From the NCBI RefSeq assembly GCF_030684315.1, contig NC_081373.1, positions 17,585,989 through 17,649,988 on the forward strand: 64,000 nt of DNA. Direction: 5' to 3'. The translations under genes were made by a program, and so were the position numbers. The DNA comes from Stegostoma tigrinum (lineage: Eukaryota). The notes under the pieces are model-generated. The model searched no databases and was not told where the DNA came from. It worked only from the letters and a program-made list of their open reading frames with translations. This document shows positions 61,661 through 64,000 of the stretch, piece after piece (position 1 is the first letter of the stretch; every line of letters begins with the position of its first letter).

Positions 61661-64000
61661 CAGACCCAAACTCTGGGAATATAATTTTGTATTTGGACCG
61701 CACATGTTTGAAAAATTCTTTTAAAATGGTGCATGTGGGTAACTCACGGTTGAGCTCTTAAATGAATCTGGAATGTTTTGAAGCAGAGTTTGCTGAATGC
61801 AGCCTAAAAGTCAAAGATAAACAAGAATAGGAAGAAAACATGCCAAAACTATAAGTAATGATAAATGGACATTAGGCTGACTGATAGCTTACTGATAGTT
61901 ACTCAGAAGAGCCACTATCTGAGAGGATGCCAGCACACGTGCAAAAAAGATCAAAGCTTTTCCCTAACTGTACATATATTTGTCTTAGCAAAGGGTCAAA
62001 TACATTCAAATTTAAGAGGTCCAATCCTGGCCAAACCTTCCTATAGCCTGTTAAATCTGTACTGGTACATTGCATAGTATTGCACTGCAAACCTGCAGGT
62101 TTCTTTGGGTATTGTAGCTGTGGTTTTAACAAGATACACTCTGTCACCCACTTAGGGGTAATCATGGCATGAACTGCAAAACAATGTAGGGCATGTCTGA
62201 TAAAATATTCATATTAATTTTTTATGCAGGAACAAATGAACACTTAAAAACAAAACAGAGAGGGTTCTGTTTGATTACCTCAGGGTGCAACTACATTTAT
62301 TAATAATTTACGAATGGAGTTAGCATGTCACTTAACAAACACAGTGCACCACATGCTATCCGTGCAGTGCTTAAAGAAACCTTTAATAATGTGTGTAAAC
62401 AAAATGTTTTGTTTTGTGTATTTCGTCAATACACTTTTCCAAGTTCAAAATTCAGAGCTTTAAATGCAAAATGTTCATTTCAGTCATTTCTTTCCTTCCA
62501 GTGGTAAACGACAGCAGCCGATGCTAACAGCTGTTGGTTCTCAATGAAGAAAGTTGGAACTTTACTGAGAGGTTAGCCTGTGAAATAATTAGTTTCGACA
62601 CACATGGCTGTATCAGATGGAGCCAACATTGAGGAATAATTCTGTTGTGTAATGATGCTCTTTATGCAAAGTCCATACTGGAAGCAGATAGATTGGGACA
62701 ATAGATAAACCTTGAGGCAAGGATAGAATCAGGCGGTGCATGGGATTTTTCTTAATACTGTTTCTTAGTTACATAGAGTGAAAATTTGGGCAGGAAATAA
62801 TGCAGTATACGGTCTTTTACACCCATATCATTTGACCCAAATAGCTTTATTCCATGTGGGATTCCATGATCCAATAGTCCTGTGTTATTATGATTATTCA
62901 CTGGTAATAATCGGGACAAGAGACCATTACCCAACAGAGGATTTTGAAACTAGGACCAGAATAGACCTATTCAGACCATGATCAGCTGCTGGACGGACTG
63001 CAACCGTCTCCATCATAATGCTAATGCCTTGGCTGGTTATCCAAGACCCAGTAGATTCTGTACAATGAGCACATAATCCATGCACAATCGTACGCAGAGT
63101 TATGCTGTCTGTATAAATGGGCCAGTTACAGAGATGACCCTTAGATCTTTACCTTCCCGTTGAAAACCACAAGAGACAAGACAGTAACCCAACTGGGGTC
63201 AGGGACCACGAAGAAACCACTTTGACGTGCCCTATTTGATATTCATCCACAGCTGATGGGATTGGCCACCTGAGCTTCATTTTTTTAAGGCAAATGTGGA
63301 ATTTTTGTTCGATTTCCAAACACAGGAGCCTCACTTTGGAGCTTGTACACCTCAAAGCATCAAATCTTACATATTTTGGCTGTCAGTTTTGTCAAATAAT
63401 TTTGGAGGATTTTTAGCTATGAGAACTGGAAACATCTCCCTTACTCACCAAACCCATCTCATTAACTACCTACTGTATCCCTGTGATGCCAATCTCACCC
63501 AATTTCAGCCCTGTTTCTCCATGGGGAGTTCTGAGAATGACTTGTCACTTACCAGATCTTCGCCAAAAGACCAGCATTCCTGCTACCTGAACAATATTTA
63601 GAAGGTTGCTGTATACCCAGACTAGCATTGACATTCCCAAACTGTCTCACTTGACGACAGGCACCAAACAGAGTTATCAACGCCATGAGAATGTCAATGA
63701 CCTTCTTCTCTGTGCCAGGCTAAGTACCACACTCTTCTGTCTGCTACCTCACACTCACTCTATCTGTTACTCTACTACCTCCCACCAAGGCTCATGCTTT
63801 CCACCCACCCCCCTACTGTTTCCTGCAAAATCATCTATCATTTACTCACATTTCCCCCCAGCTTACTGGATCACTAGCACTGTAACAGCCAAGCCACCTG
63901 CTTTCACCTCACTCAGTCCCTTCCTTTCTCCCTTTCTACGGAAATACAGCCCACAGGAGAGGGCCTGGATGAGTGGATGGGTATCTGACATTCGACTCCT

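Overview
Eukaryotic, AT-rich, CpG-depleted vertebrate DNA. The repeat content (HE1/V-SINEs, HER1/CR1 LINEs, DeuSINE-type SINEs, Penelope-like elements) points to a cartilaginous fish (shark), in an intergenic or large-intron region. I could not recognise any host protein-coding exon; the ORFs I could assign are transposon-derived. The most notable signal is a hammerhead-ribozyme (HHR) retroelement system. It includes (i) a near-intact 5'-truncated Penelope-like element (PLE; RT + GIY-YIG; 48423-50842, minus strand) with a minimal type I HHR motif in its 3' pseudo-LTR, and (ii) a very young 5.3 x 329-bp head-to-tail array (26687-28436) with six copies of the same HHR, resembling a retrozyme. 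It also includes (iii) five short fold-back insertions with 14-17-bp target-site duplications (TSDs). All seven insertions of this family end at the same position, 64 nt downstream of the predicted cleavage site. Two further, older HHR-PLE families show the same fold-back design. Family names come from motif recognition, not database searches, and most degraded-repeat boundaries are approximate.
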